The translations under genes were made by a program, and so were the position numbers. Shown here piece after piece: positions 1-7,535 of a DNA stretch of 32,000 nucleotides; positions within the stretch are counted from its first letter, which is position 1; each line of letters opens with the position of its first letter. Source of the stretch: Candidatus Iainarchaeum sp. (lineage in GTDB: Archaea; Iainarchaeota; Iainarchaeia; Iainarchaeales; JACQJH01); assembly GCA_016205145.1 (NCBI GenBank), contig JACQJH010000002.1, forward strand, positions 390,001 to 422,000, in the 5' to 3' direction. A model generated the notes under the pieces. That model was not told the origin of the DNA. It searched no databases and worked only from the letters and a program-made list of their open reading frames with translations.

Positions 1-375
1 AACTATTTCCTTGATGTCCTGTTCTGCTTCAAGGGCGTCCTCTTCGCTTACGTCCGGAAAGAACCGTGAAATCATCGTTGGTTTCATGCCCGCGATTTTC
101 ACTTTCCCTTTTTCCTCCAGAACATTTATCTTGCATGGCATGCAAAGAGAGACTAACCTGTTTTTGTTCAAAAATTTGTTTGCATGCTTGCCTGAACAAA
201 TCTCGATGATTTTCAGTGGTTTTTGCTCAAATCCTTTTGCAGCCAGCCGCTCTTTCACGTCATACACCTGGAACAGTACCCAGCCTTTATGGTCAACCGC
301 CTTCAAAACCGATACAACTGCCTCGTCAAAACCCTTGCCGGTTTCAACTACATATGCAAAATCCGCTAATTCCAT
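1..375 (-). CDS. DUF302-domain protein; C-terminal end runs off the window
   Basis: Own translation of the minus strand from the ATG at 375-373: MELADFAYVVETGKGFDEAVVSVLKAVDHKGWVLFQVYDVKERLAAKGFEQKPLKIIEICSGKHANKFLNKNRLVSLCMPCKINVLEEKGKVKIAGMKP... It stays open to position 1, and is absent from the ORF track because no stop is reached. The pattern matches DUF302, and the gene lies directly downstream of an ArsR gene, a common pairing. Confidence 0.6.
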   Translation of the reverse strand, partial: MELADFAYVVETGKGFDEAVVSVLKAVDHKGWVLFQVYDVKERLAAKGFEQKPLKIIEICSGKHANKFLNKNRLVSLCMPCKINVLEEKGKVKIAGMKPTMISRFFPDVSEEDALEAEQDIKEIV

Positions 376-457
376 TTTTCGTCCCCCCCCCTCGAACCCA
401 AAACACTTTTTCGTTGGCCTGCTGGAAACTCAATTTTTTGCCGCCTATTCGCGGAAT

Positions 458-817
458 TCATCTGGTTGCCGCCCTGAGAATTCTTCCAGTGTCTTCCAGC
501 TGCTCCAGCAAAACCGCCCTTATCAGGTTGCAGGCCTTAATCATTTTCCTGTTGGCAACTTTGTAGCTGACCGTTGTGCCATGCTTTCTGGCAACAACAA
601 CGTTTCTCTGCCTCAAAACAGCCAAATGCTGGGACAAATTCGCCTGCCTGATTTTCATTAAGCCCTCGAGCTCGGAAACCGTTTTTTCACCCTCGCTCAG
701 CAGGCTCAGGATTTCCAGCCGCTTCGGGTCGGCAAGCGTCTTGCAAAGTTCGGCGTGCAGACCGAACAAATCAGCATTCATATATTCAAATATACGAATA
801 TAACTTTTTAAACGCAT
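458..817 (-). CDS. ArsR/SmtB-family winged-helix transcriptional regulator
   Basis: 119-aa ORF. LCKTLADPKRLEILSLLSEGEKTVSELEGLMKIRQANLSQHLAVLRQRNVVVARKHGTTVSYKV is the canonical ArsR wHTH signature. There are two in-frame ATGs (817 and 781). Confidence 0.85.
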   Translation of the reverse strand: MRLKSYIRIFEYMNADLFGLHAELCKTLADPKRLEILSLLSEGEKTVSELEGLMKIRQANLSQHLAVLRQRNVVVARKHGTTVSYKVANRKMIKACNLIRAVLLEQLEDTGRILRAATR

Positions 818-828
818 CCCAGGCCGCC

Positions 829-890
829 ACGCCCGGCCGGTGCGCGCCCGATTCCGCTGCGCTTCATCGGGCTGGCTCGCTTCGCTCGCA
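829..890. repeat. Copy of a dispersed intergenic motif pair (acgcccggccggtgcg ... gctcgcttcgctcgca)
   Basis: The 16-mer at 829-844 matches 7537-7552 and 7603-7618 at 15/16 positions. The 16-mer at 875-890 matches 7561-7576 at 15/16. Confidence 0.45.
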
Positions 891-907
891 ACTGCAATTT
901 GCCAAAA

Positions 908-2101
908 TTACCTTGTAACCCCGCTTTCCCTTGCCGCCCGCGCAACCGCCTTTGCGATTTTCGGGACAACGCCCTTGTCCACGGCATTCGGCAGAATGTT
1001 TTCCCTTGAAGGCTTCCCCGCTGCCTTCGCCAGTGCCTTCGAGGCCGCCATTTTCATTTGCTCGTTGATTTCCGTTGCTTTCGCGTCAAGCGCGCCCCTG
1101 AACACGCCGGGAAAAGCGAGAACATTGTTTATCTGGTTTGGAAAATCACTTCTGCCAGTGCCGACAATGAAAGCGCCCGCCTTCAAAGCCTCATCAGGCA
1201 TTATTTCCGGAACAGGATTCGCCATCGCGAAAACAATCGGCTTTTCGTTCATGGACCGGATCATTGCAGGAGTCATCAGGCCCGCCCTTGAAACCCCGAT
1301 AAAAACATCCGCTCCCACAACCACTTCCGCAAGTCTTCCCTCGGCATTGTTCGGATTGGTCAGCTTTGCAAGCTCCCGCTTTGCGCCATTCAGGCCGGCC
1401 CTGCCATTGTGGATCGCCCCGACACTGTCAACCAGGATTATTTCCCTGACTGGAACGCAGACATTGTCATCCATTCCAGTACAATGAAGCCAGCGCGCGA
1501 TTGCGGTGCCCGCGGCTCCGGCACCATTGACCACAATTTTCAGGTCCTCAACCCTTTTGCCTGCAACCTTCGCCGCATTCAGCAACGCGGCATAAACGAC
1601 TATGGCTGTGCCGTGCTGGTCGTCATGCATGACCGGAATGCTGACACGCCTTTTAATTTCACGCTCGGCTTCAAAGCATTCCGGCGCTGCAATGTCTTCA
1701 AGGTTTATGCCGCCAAAAGTCGGCGCAATCGCAACTGCAACATCCGCAATTTCCTTCGCGGAAGAAGCATTCACAACAATCGGCACGGCATCAATGTTCG
1801 CAAACTCCTTGAACAGAACAGCCTTTCCCTCCATCACCGGCAGAGCCGCTTCCGGCCCGATGTCGCCAAGGCCCAGAACAGCCGAGCCGTCGCTCAAAAC
1901 CGCCACAGAGTTGCCCTTCCAGGTCAAATCAAAAATCGCTTTTTTGTCCAAGGCAATCTGCCTGCACGCCTCAGCCATGCCGGGAGTGTAGACAACGCTC
2001 AAATCGTGCCTTGACTTGACCGGAACCTTTGACTGCACCGAAAGCTTGCCCCTCAGCTTCTTATGCAATGCAAGCGATTCGGCAAAAATGTCGGAAGGCA
2101 T
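908..2101 (-). CDS. NAD(P)-dependent malic enzyme (small prokaryotic type)
   Basis: Motifs VVYTPGMAEACRQI, SDGSAVLGLGDIGPEAALPVMEGKAVLFKEFANIDAVPI, DDQHGTAIV and the second Rossmann motif VVNGAGAAGTAIARWL. The ORF opens with TTG at 2113; the first ATG is at 2101 (MPSDIF). Confidence 0.9.
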   Translation of the reverse strand: MPSDIFAESLALHKKLRGKLSVQSKVPVKSRHDLSVVYTPGMAEACRQIALDKKAIFDLTWKGNSVAVLSDGSAVLGLGDIGPEAALPVMEGKAVLFKEFANIDAVPIVVNASSAKEIADVAVAIAPTFGGINLEDIAAPECFEAEREIKRRVSIPVMHDDQHGTAIVVYAALLNAAKVAGKRVEDLKIVVNGAGAAGTAIARWLHCTGMDDNVCVPVREIILVDSVGAIHNGRAGLNGAKRELAKLTNPNNAEGRLAEVVVGADVFIGVSRAGLMTPAMIRSMNEKPIVFAMANPVPEIMPDEALKAGAFIVGTGRSDFPNQINNVLAFPGVFRGALDAKATEINEQMKMAASKALAKAAGKPSRENILPNAVDKGVVPKIAKAVARAARESGVTR

Positions 2102-2153
2102 AAAAACCAACAAAGTTGGAATACAATCGTATGTTTACTCCGGTTAAAAAAGA

Positions 2154-3173
2154 TTACTCTTTCTTCGTCTTCGCTGCATTGCCTGAAACGAACCTGAACG
2201 CCGAATAAACCGCGCTCACCGCTTCCCCCACCCCGACAATCGCCTGCTTGAACGCGGTGTCCACAACGTCCCCTGCAGCGAAAACGCCTTCAACGTTCGT
2301 GGAAGACGAGCGGTCGATTATTATTTCGCCATGCCCGTTGGTTTTCACGCCGAGGCCGGCTGCAAGCCCGGACAAGGGAATGTGGCCGATTGCCATGAAA
2401 ACCGCGTCCAGTGCAAGCTCTTTTTTCCCATTGTGCGGCTTGTCTAGGACAACGCTTTCCAAAAACTTTCCGCCCTTGAACGCAGTCACATTCGTGTTGC
2501 AAATTATTTCAACATTTGAAAGCGCTTCCAACCGCTCCATGTTTGAAGGCTCTCCGCGCAGTTTGCCGCCGCGGTAAATAATGAAAACTTTCTTCGCATA
2601 GCGCGCAAGCACGATTGCTTCCTTCACAGCTGAATCCGAGCCGCCGACAACAGCGACTTCCTTGCCCTTGAACAATGCGCCGTCGCACAAAGCGCAGAAC
2701 TGAATGCCCTTGTTCCTGAATTCCTTAGAGCCGGGAACGTCAAGCTCCTTCACTTTCGTGCCGGTGGCAAAAATCAGGGTTTTCGCGGAAAAATTCCCTT
2801 CGTCGGTTTCAAGCGAAAAATTGCCGGCAGTTCCCTTCACGCGGGAAACATTCGCCTGCACGGTTTTTATGTGCTCCTTGTAATCCATCGCATGCTCTTT
2901 CAGCTTGTCCACGAGTTCCTGTCCCGACAGGCGCTTGAAGCCGGGATAGTTTTCAACAATGTCAGTCCACAGGATGAGGCCGCCGAGATTTTCCGACACA
3001 AGCAGGGTTTTGAGTTCAAGCCTGCCGGAATACATGGCCGCGGCAAGGCCTGTGCAGCCCCCGCCGATTATCGCAACGTCGAAATTTTCAGTTTTTTCTT
3101 TACCGCCGGGCAACAAACCACCACAGAACAAAGAAGGCAAAAAGGTTAAAGCGCTTTTCTCAGTTGAGGCCAA
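2154..3173 (-). CDS. trxB: Thioredoxin reductase (FAD/NAD(P)H pyridine-nucleotide disulfide oxidoreductase)
   Basis: FDVAIIGGGCTGLAAAMY (FAD GxGxxG), redox-active CALCDG, VAVVGGSDSAVKEA (NADPH site), and C-terminal GVFAAGDV. The ORF-track start at 3173 is a TTG overlapping the upstream gene by 14 nt. In-frame TTGs at about 3116/3113, just after GGTGG, are alternative starts, so the start is uncertain. Confidence 0.85.
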   Translation of the reverse strand: MASTEKSALTFLPSLFCGGLLPGGKEKTENFDVAIIGGGCTGLAAAMYSGRLELKTLLVSENLGGLILWTDIVENYPGFKRLSGQELVDKLKEHAMDYKEHIKTVQANVSRVKGTAGNFSLETDEGNFSAKTLIFATGTKVKELDVPGSKEFRNKGIQFCALCDGALFKGKEVAVVGGSDSAVKEAIVLARYAKKVFIIYRGGKLRGEPSNMERLEALSNVEIICNTNVTAFKGGKFLESVVLDKPHNGKKELALDAVFMAIGHIPLSGLAAGLGVKTNGHGEIIIDRSSSTNVEGVFAAGDVVDTAFKQAIVGVGEAVSAVYSAFRFVSGNAAKTKKE

Positions 3174-3399
3174 GCGCCTTTTTCAGTTCCGGCTTGTTGA
3201 AACCGACAATAATCTTGCCGTCAACGTCAATCACCGGCACGCCGGTCTGGCCGCTCTTCTCGATTATCTCATGGACCCTCGCCGGGTTTTCGGACAGGTT
3301 GACGTCCTCGAACTTTATTTTCTTTTCCTTGAGAAAATCCTTGGCCATGACACAGTAAGGGCAGGTCGTGGTCGAATAAACTACAACATTCTTCGCCAT
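3160..3399 (-). CDS. Glutaredoxin/NrdH-like small thiol-disulfide oxidoreductase (CPYC)
   Basis: VVVYSTTTCPYCVMAKDFLKEKKIKFEDVNLSEN...GVPVIDVDGKIIVGFN. The ATG at 3399 (MAKNVVVY) is preferred over the ORF-track start at 3471. Confidence 0.8.
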   Translation of the reverse strand: MAKNVVVYSTTTCPYCVMAKDFLKEKKIKFEDVNLSENPARVHEIIEKSGQTGVPVIDVDGKIIVGFNKPELKKALGLN

Positions 3400-3518
3400 A
3401 AAAAAAACGCCTCCAAAATTTATTCCATAAATAATTGCCCGCGCAGGGTTAATATTGTTAGCTTTTAACACTTAAAACCCTGGTTTAATGTTGCCGGCCA
3501 CAATGGCAAATGCAGGGG

Positions 3519-4436
3519 TTACGCCTTTTTCAGCGCCTCCGCAACAGCCGCATCCAGAACCGAAAAATCGCTTTCGCCCACCAAAGCCTTGCCTCCGATG
3601 AAAAACGTCGGGGTGCCGTAAATGCCCGCTTTCTTTCCCTCGGCAAGCGTTACATCAACAATCGCCGAACCATTTCCGGCAAAATAGCATTCGCGCAGTT
3701 TCTTCTCGTCAGCGCCTGCCTTGGACGCCAGGCCGAAAATGAATCCGATGCCCTTCTGCCTGAATTCATCCTGGTTGTCAAACAGGGCTGTTGCAAACTC
3801 AATGAACTTTCCCTGCGCGGCCGCGCACGCCGCAATTTCTGCGGCAGGCCTGCTGAAAGGATGGTTTTCAAGCGGAAAAAACTTCCAGACAAAATGAACC
3901 CTGCCGCCATAATTTTCAATGAGCTGTTTTGTCGCGGGCCACGCCTTTTTCGTGTAAGGGCACGAAAAACATCCGAAAATGAAAACCGTTTCATTGGCAT
4001 CCGGGTTGCCGAGGGAAATTCCCTCAATTGCAGTGGGCACGGCAAGGCTTTCCGGCGCCGGAGCTGCGGCAGACGAACCATTGCCGAATGCCGCATTGTA
4101 AATGCAGAAGCCGCTGCTGTCCGGGCCGTTGCAGTTCCCGTAGGCCCAGAAGTTGTAGGCGCCCCAGGCCGAAAGCGCGATGCTTGCAATCATGAGCAAA
4201 GTGAAAAACCAGGACAATGCCTCGAAGTGCTTGAAAACAAACCTGCCGAGGCCCTCATGCTTTTCGAGGATTTTCGCGGAAATCCTCATTTTCATTTTCC
4301 TGTCAAACGAAGTATTGCATTTCCGGAAAGTGATGCGCCTGAAAACGCAGTCGAACGCCTCCAATGCAAGCCGCCGGTACTTCGCGGAAAAAATGCCTAG
4401 AACTGCGAAAACAACCAAGGCTATCAGGCAAATCAT
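3519..4436 (-). CDS. Membrane-anchored DsbA-like thiol:disulfide oxidoreductase with an N-terminal 2-TM Cys-pair module
   Basis: ATG at 4436 (MICLIALVVFAVLGIF, TM1); the ORF also opens at GTG 4460. A basic loop carries CVFRRITFRKC. TM2 is ALSWFFTLLMIASIALSAWGAY, followed by CNGPDSSGFC. The DsbA/thioredoxin-like domain then has CFSCPY, AAQGKFIEFATALFDNQ and GIYGTPTFFIGGK. Confidence 0.75.
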   Translation of the reverse strand: MICLIALVVFAVLGIFSAKYRRLALEAFDCVFRRITFRKCNTSFDRKMKMRISAKILEKHEGLGRFVFKHFEALSWFFTLLMIASIALSAWGAYNFWAYGNCNGPDSSGFCIYNAAFGNGSSAAAPAPESLAVPTAIEGISLGNPDANETVFIFGCFSCPYTKKAWPATKQLIENYGGRVHFVWKFFPLENHPFSRPAAEIAACAAAQGKFIEFATALFDNQDEFRQKGIGFIFGLASKAGADEKKLRECYFAGNGSAIVDVTLAEGKKAGIYGTPTFFIGGKALVGESDFSVLDAAVAEALKKA

Positions 4437-4478
4437 CCGGGCACCCGAAAAACAATACACAAAACAATGCGTTTTGTT

Positions 4479-5363
4479 TTAATTGCTTTCCCCGGAAAGT
4501 TTCGACTGGACAACCGCCTCGAATTCAGCCAAGGTCTTCGCGCCGACAACCTTCTCGCCGTTGATGAAAAACGTCGGCGTAGCGTTCAGGTTGAGGTCAT
4601 AAGCCTCCTTTTCATCGGCCTTCACCGCCAGCGAAAACGTGCCGGCATTGAAGCAATCGGAAAACGCCTTCCCGTCCAAGCCAGAGGACTGTGCGGCGTC
4701 AAACACGGGCTTCGGGTCAAACTGCTTTGCCGAATGGTCGTGCTCCGAATCCGGTTTCGGCGGCTGGCTGAACAAGGCCTGCATGAACTCCCATCTTTTG
4801 CCCTGCGCCTCCGCGCACTTTCCCGCCCCGGCATAGCGGTCGGAAAACTCGTGGATCGGGAAATCCTTGTACGAAAAGCTCACTTTGCCCGTGTCAACGA
4901 ATTTTTTCTTGAATTCCAGAAAAGTTTCGTTGAAAAACTTTTTCGTGAAAAAGCACTGCAAATCGCCGAACTCGACAATCTTTACCTTTGCATCAGGATT
5001 CTGCTGCACTGCCGCCACGGCTGAAACCGGCTGCTGTGCCGGAACGACCACAGCCCCGGAAACAACCGCTGCCTGGCCGGATGGCGTGGACTGCCCGCCG
5101 GCAATCGGGGGCACGGGAGATGCGGAAATGCCCTTGGCCTGTCCCGGCAGTGTTCCGCCGCGGCAGTTTACCTGTTTGGAAGGTTCAGAGCCGGTGGCAA
5201 TGGCAAGGTTCGCTGCAGACGTGGATGGGGCAGAGCCGTTGGAACTGGCTATGTGCCCGATGCTTTGCGAATTTTGCACACCGGCACTGCCGACAGGCAG
5301 TATGCCGGCAACCGACAGGACAGACGCCAGAAGCAAAACAACCGCCAAGGAAAACAAGGACAT
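4479..5363 (-). CDS. Secreted/anchored DsbA-like protein with CxxT active site
   Basis: ATG at 5363 gives the signal-anchor MSLFSLAVVLLLASVLSVAG, followed by a low-complexity A/S/P/G/V/Q linker. The DsbA-like domain reads KVKIVEFGDLQCFFTKKF ... CAEAQGKRWEFMQALF ... LNATPTFFINGEK. The second active-site Cys is replaced by Thr. Confidence 0.7.
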   Translation of the reverse strand: MSLFSLAVVLLLASVLSVAGILPVGSAGVQNSQSIGHIASSNGSAPSTSAANLAIATGSEPSKQVNCRGGTLPGQAKGISASPVPPIAGGQSTPSGQAAVVSGAVVVPAQQPVSAVAAVQQNPDAKVKIVEFGDLQCFFTKKFFNETFLEFKKKFVDTGKVSFSYKDFPIHEFSDRYAGAGKCAEAQGKRWEFMQALFSQPPKPDSEHDHSAKQFDPKPVFDAAQSSGLDGKAFSDCFNAGTFSLAVKADEKEAYDLNLNATPTFFINGEKVVGAKTLAEFEAVVQSKLSGESN

Positions 5364-5401
5364 CACGACAACTTTTTTCAAAACAATTTCCCCGACTTTT
5401 T

Positions 5402-6016
5402 TCAAAACAATCCCCCCTTCAAGGAAAACCATAAAGACAAGACAACCGCGATTGCGCCCAGAAACACGCCCGACTTGAACAGCAAGGCAAAGTCAAGCGA
5501 AAAAACCGGCTCAAAAATCCCCGTTTTTTCCGCCAGGCCGTGCTTTTTCACCATGCCAAGCATGTGCGCCGAGCCGAGAAAAGCGGAAACCAGGCCGATT
5601 GAAATGAAAAACGGCTGGAACCGGAAAAGAACGCCTGAAAGTATTGTCGCGCCAGCCAATGGAAGAACGTCTGCTATGTGGTGCGCGCAGCATGCCGCCA
5701 TGCTTGTTGCCGAAACACCGCCGGAAGCGGCAACCTCGCCTTTCAGCGCGGCATTCTGCGCTGAAACCGCATCAGAAAGGAAAACAAACAACGCTACCTG
5801 CAAACCGAAGCCGAAGGACAATGCAACAAGCCAGGGCCACGAAAAATAAAACTGTTCAATCGCATGCCGCAAAGAGTTCGCAATTGAAAGCACTCCGAAA
5901 AAAAACAGCAGAATTCCGGCAAATGCAAGGAAACCGAAAAACGCGGGATTCCTGCCGGGAACGGGGATTGCCGTCCCGGCGGGATTGGTTTGCAGCCACG
6001 CGCTTTCGGATTCCAT
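5402..6016 (-). CDS. Polytopic membrane protein with TM-embedded CC-x-HH motif
   Basis: 204-aa ORF with about five hydrophobic segments and the motif SMAACCAHHIADVLP. Its ATG at 6016 lies 4 nt after the upstream stop. No family recognised. Confidence 0.6.
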   Translation of the reverse strand: MESESAWLQTNPAGTAIPVPGRNPAFFGFLAFAGILLFFFGVLSIANSLRHAIEQFYFSWPWLVALSFGFGLQVALFVFLSDAVSAQNAALKGEVAASGGVSATSMAACCAHHIADVLPLAGATILSGVLFRFQPFFISIGLVSAFLGSAHMLGMVKKHGLAEKTGIFEPVFSLDFALLFKSGVFLGAIAVVLSLWFSLKGGLF

Positions 6017-6019
6017 GAT

Positions 6020-6343
6020 TTAAGCACTTCCAAGAATCTGCCCAAGGGTTCTGCCCGTCGCTTTCTGCAAAAACGATGGGTCGACTTTTTTCAGGCAGTC
6101 CGCATACTGGCCGGGATGATGCGACAAATGCTGGACGTTTGCCTCATCCTGCAAGTTGCCGCACTGGCTGCCGGAAGAGGCGGCCTGCTGCTCGAAAAAC
6201 TGCTGGTTTGACTGCGTCTGCAGGATTTGCCCGCTTTGCCCGACGTCAAGCCTGGGCTGGCTCAACAGGCTGAAAGCGGAAGCGCCAATCAGCAGGACGC
6301 CAATCCCAATCAGGGCCGTAAGCCCGATCAAAAGCTTGTCCAT
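6020..6343 (-). CDS. Small membrane-anchored protein with two Cys and a Q-rich linker
   Basis: 107 aa. N-terminal TM segment LLIGLTALIGIGVLLIGASAF; Cys in SGSQCGN and YADCLKK; also HLSHHPGQY. The ATG at 6343 lies 4 nt after the upstream stop. No family recognised. Confidence 0.5.
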   Translation of the reverse strand: MDKLLIGLTALIGIGVLLIGASAFSLLSQPRLDVGQSGQILQTQSNQQFFEQQAASSGSQCGNLQDEANVQHLSHHPGQYADCLKKVDPSFLQKATGRTLGQILGSA

Positions 6344-6346
6344 GCT

Positions 6347-6643
6347 TTAACACCCGCCGACCATGTCCGGCAGATTCTGCAGGCTGCTTGGAGTGCTTTG
6401 CTGCGCGCCCGCATTGCCCGCTGCTGTTGCCTGCTGCTGCACCAACGCAGTATTGCCTGCGCCCGCTGACTGTTTCAACTGGCCGACCGCATTTATTGCG
6501 CCTGAAAACTGCAGCGCCTGCACCGCGCCTAAAACAAACAACGCCGCAAGCACAATAAGAAAAACCTGCGAATTGCCCAGGCCGAAAAGGCCACCGGCAC
6601 CGGATTGTTTCTTTTCACTATGTTCAGAATTTTCTTTAGACAT
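6347..6643 (-). CDS. Small single-TM protein ending in PDMVGGC
   Basis: 98 aa. GGAGGT lies about 10 nt upstream of the ATG at 6643. TM segment VFLIVLAALFVLGAVQALQF, then an A/Q-rich tail ending LQNLPDMVGGC-stop. Confidence 0.55.
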   Translation of the reverse strand: MSKENSEHSEKKQSGAGGLFGLGNSQVFLIVLAALFVLGAVQALQFSGAINAVGQLKQSAGAGNTALVQQQATAAGNAGAQQSTPSSLQNLPDMVGGC

Positions 6644-6746
6644 TCACCAAAACCTCCAACCAAAAATTTTTGTTTTGCCAAATTATGAATGGCGGCACCC
6701 AGCATCATCCGGATGCCGCAAATTTCTACGGCAGCCTAAACCGGCC

Positions 6747-7463
6747 TTAACACCCGCCGACCATGTCCGGAATGCTGTCCAGGCCGCTGCCGGAAGTTGC
6801 CGCAACCTCCTTCAGCTTGGAAACATCCCTGAACTTGTTGGATGCAAGGTTGATGTAATTGAGTTCAATGCTGTTCGCCGCAAGCAGGGAAGCCTTCTGG
6901 AGAATCTGCTTCGGGAAAAACATCGTCTTCCACTTGCCCAATTCCTCCAAAACCTGCTCGTCTGAAAACTCGGAACCGTGCTTTGTCAGAATGTATTTTG
7001 CAAGGCCCCTCATGGCATAGCTGTGCTGGCAGCCGCACGCCGCTTCGCCGGTATTGAATATTATCGAGTCCGCGCCGCAGCAGTACTCGCACGAAATCTT
7101 GGTGGCGATTTTTATGTACCTCTGCAAATTGTCGCCGGAAAGCGTTATCTGGTCGTCAAGCGGCGCAAGGATTGCAAGCGACTGCACCGGCTGTTCGAAC
7201 GAAACCCCGAGCTCCGAACCGTAAACTGCTGGGATTCCCCTCGGAATCACTGTTTCCATAAGGTTTGCGGTTGAAAGCACCGCGTTGCCCGAAGCCGCCG
7301 CAGGCGTGACGCCAACACTTATTGACGAGTTAAGGCCGCTGCCAAGCGAAAGGCCTGAAAGCGCGCCGTTCAACTGAAAACTCAAATAAGTGTTGAAGGC
7401 GAAAACGCCGACGACAAGAATTGAAAGCACTGCTAGGAGCGTTTGCTCCAGATTTTTGTCCAT
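6747..7463 (-). CDS. Single-TM extracytoplasmic Cys-rich protein ending in PDMVGGC
   Basis: The ATG at 7463 is preceded by GAGGTGG; the ORF-track start at 7529 is a TTG. TM segment TLLAVLSILVVGVFAF, Cys cluster KISCEYCCGADSIIFNTGEAACGCQHSYAMRG, and C-terminus GLDSIPDMVGGC-stop. Confidence 0.6.
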   Translation of the reverse strand: MDKNLEQTLLAVLSILVVGVFAFNTYLSFQLNGALSGLSLGSGLNSSISVGVTPAAASGNAVLSTANLMETVIPRGIPAVYGSELGVSFEQPVQSLAILAPLDDQITLSGDNLQRYIKIATKISCEYCCGADSIIFNTGEAACGCQHSYAMRGLAKYILTKHGSEFSDEQVLEELGKWKTMFFPKQILQKASLLAANSIELNYINLASNKFRDVSKLKEVAATSGSGLDSIPDMVGGC

Positions 7464-7535
7464 GAAAAAAACCACCTCAATGCAAGGAATGCGGCTGAAA
7501 CCATATATAGCCGTTCTTGAAACCGTCAAAAGCCG

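Noticed and set aside
840-2014. Long plus-strand ORFs (840-1487, 1409-2014, 1602-1991) overlapping the malic-enzyme gene
   Set aside because: They are antisense shadows of a confidently identified minus-strand gene in GC-rich DNA. Their translations are R/S/A/P-rich with no motifs.
2154-3173. TrxR active site CALC instead of the E. coli-type CATC, and its apparent N-terminal extension
   Set aside because: The central residues of the CxxC vary among TrxRs. The extension probably reflects an over-long ORF-track start (TTG at 3173), with plausible internal starts nearer the GxGxxG motif.
3510-5849. ORFs 3510-4400 (+), 3650-4189 (-), 4467-5024 (+), 4867-5478 (+), 4988-5434 (+) and 5253-5849 (+)
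   Set aside because: All overlap DsbA-like or membrane-protein genes that have clear motifs and SD/ATG starts. The alternative frames give low-complexity R/P/Q-rich products.
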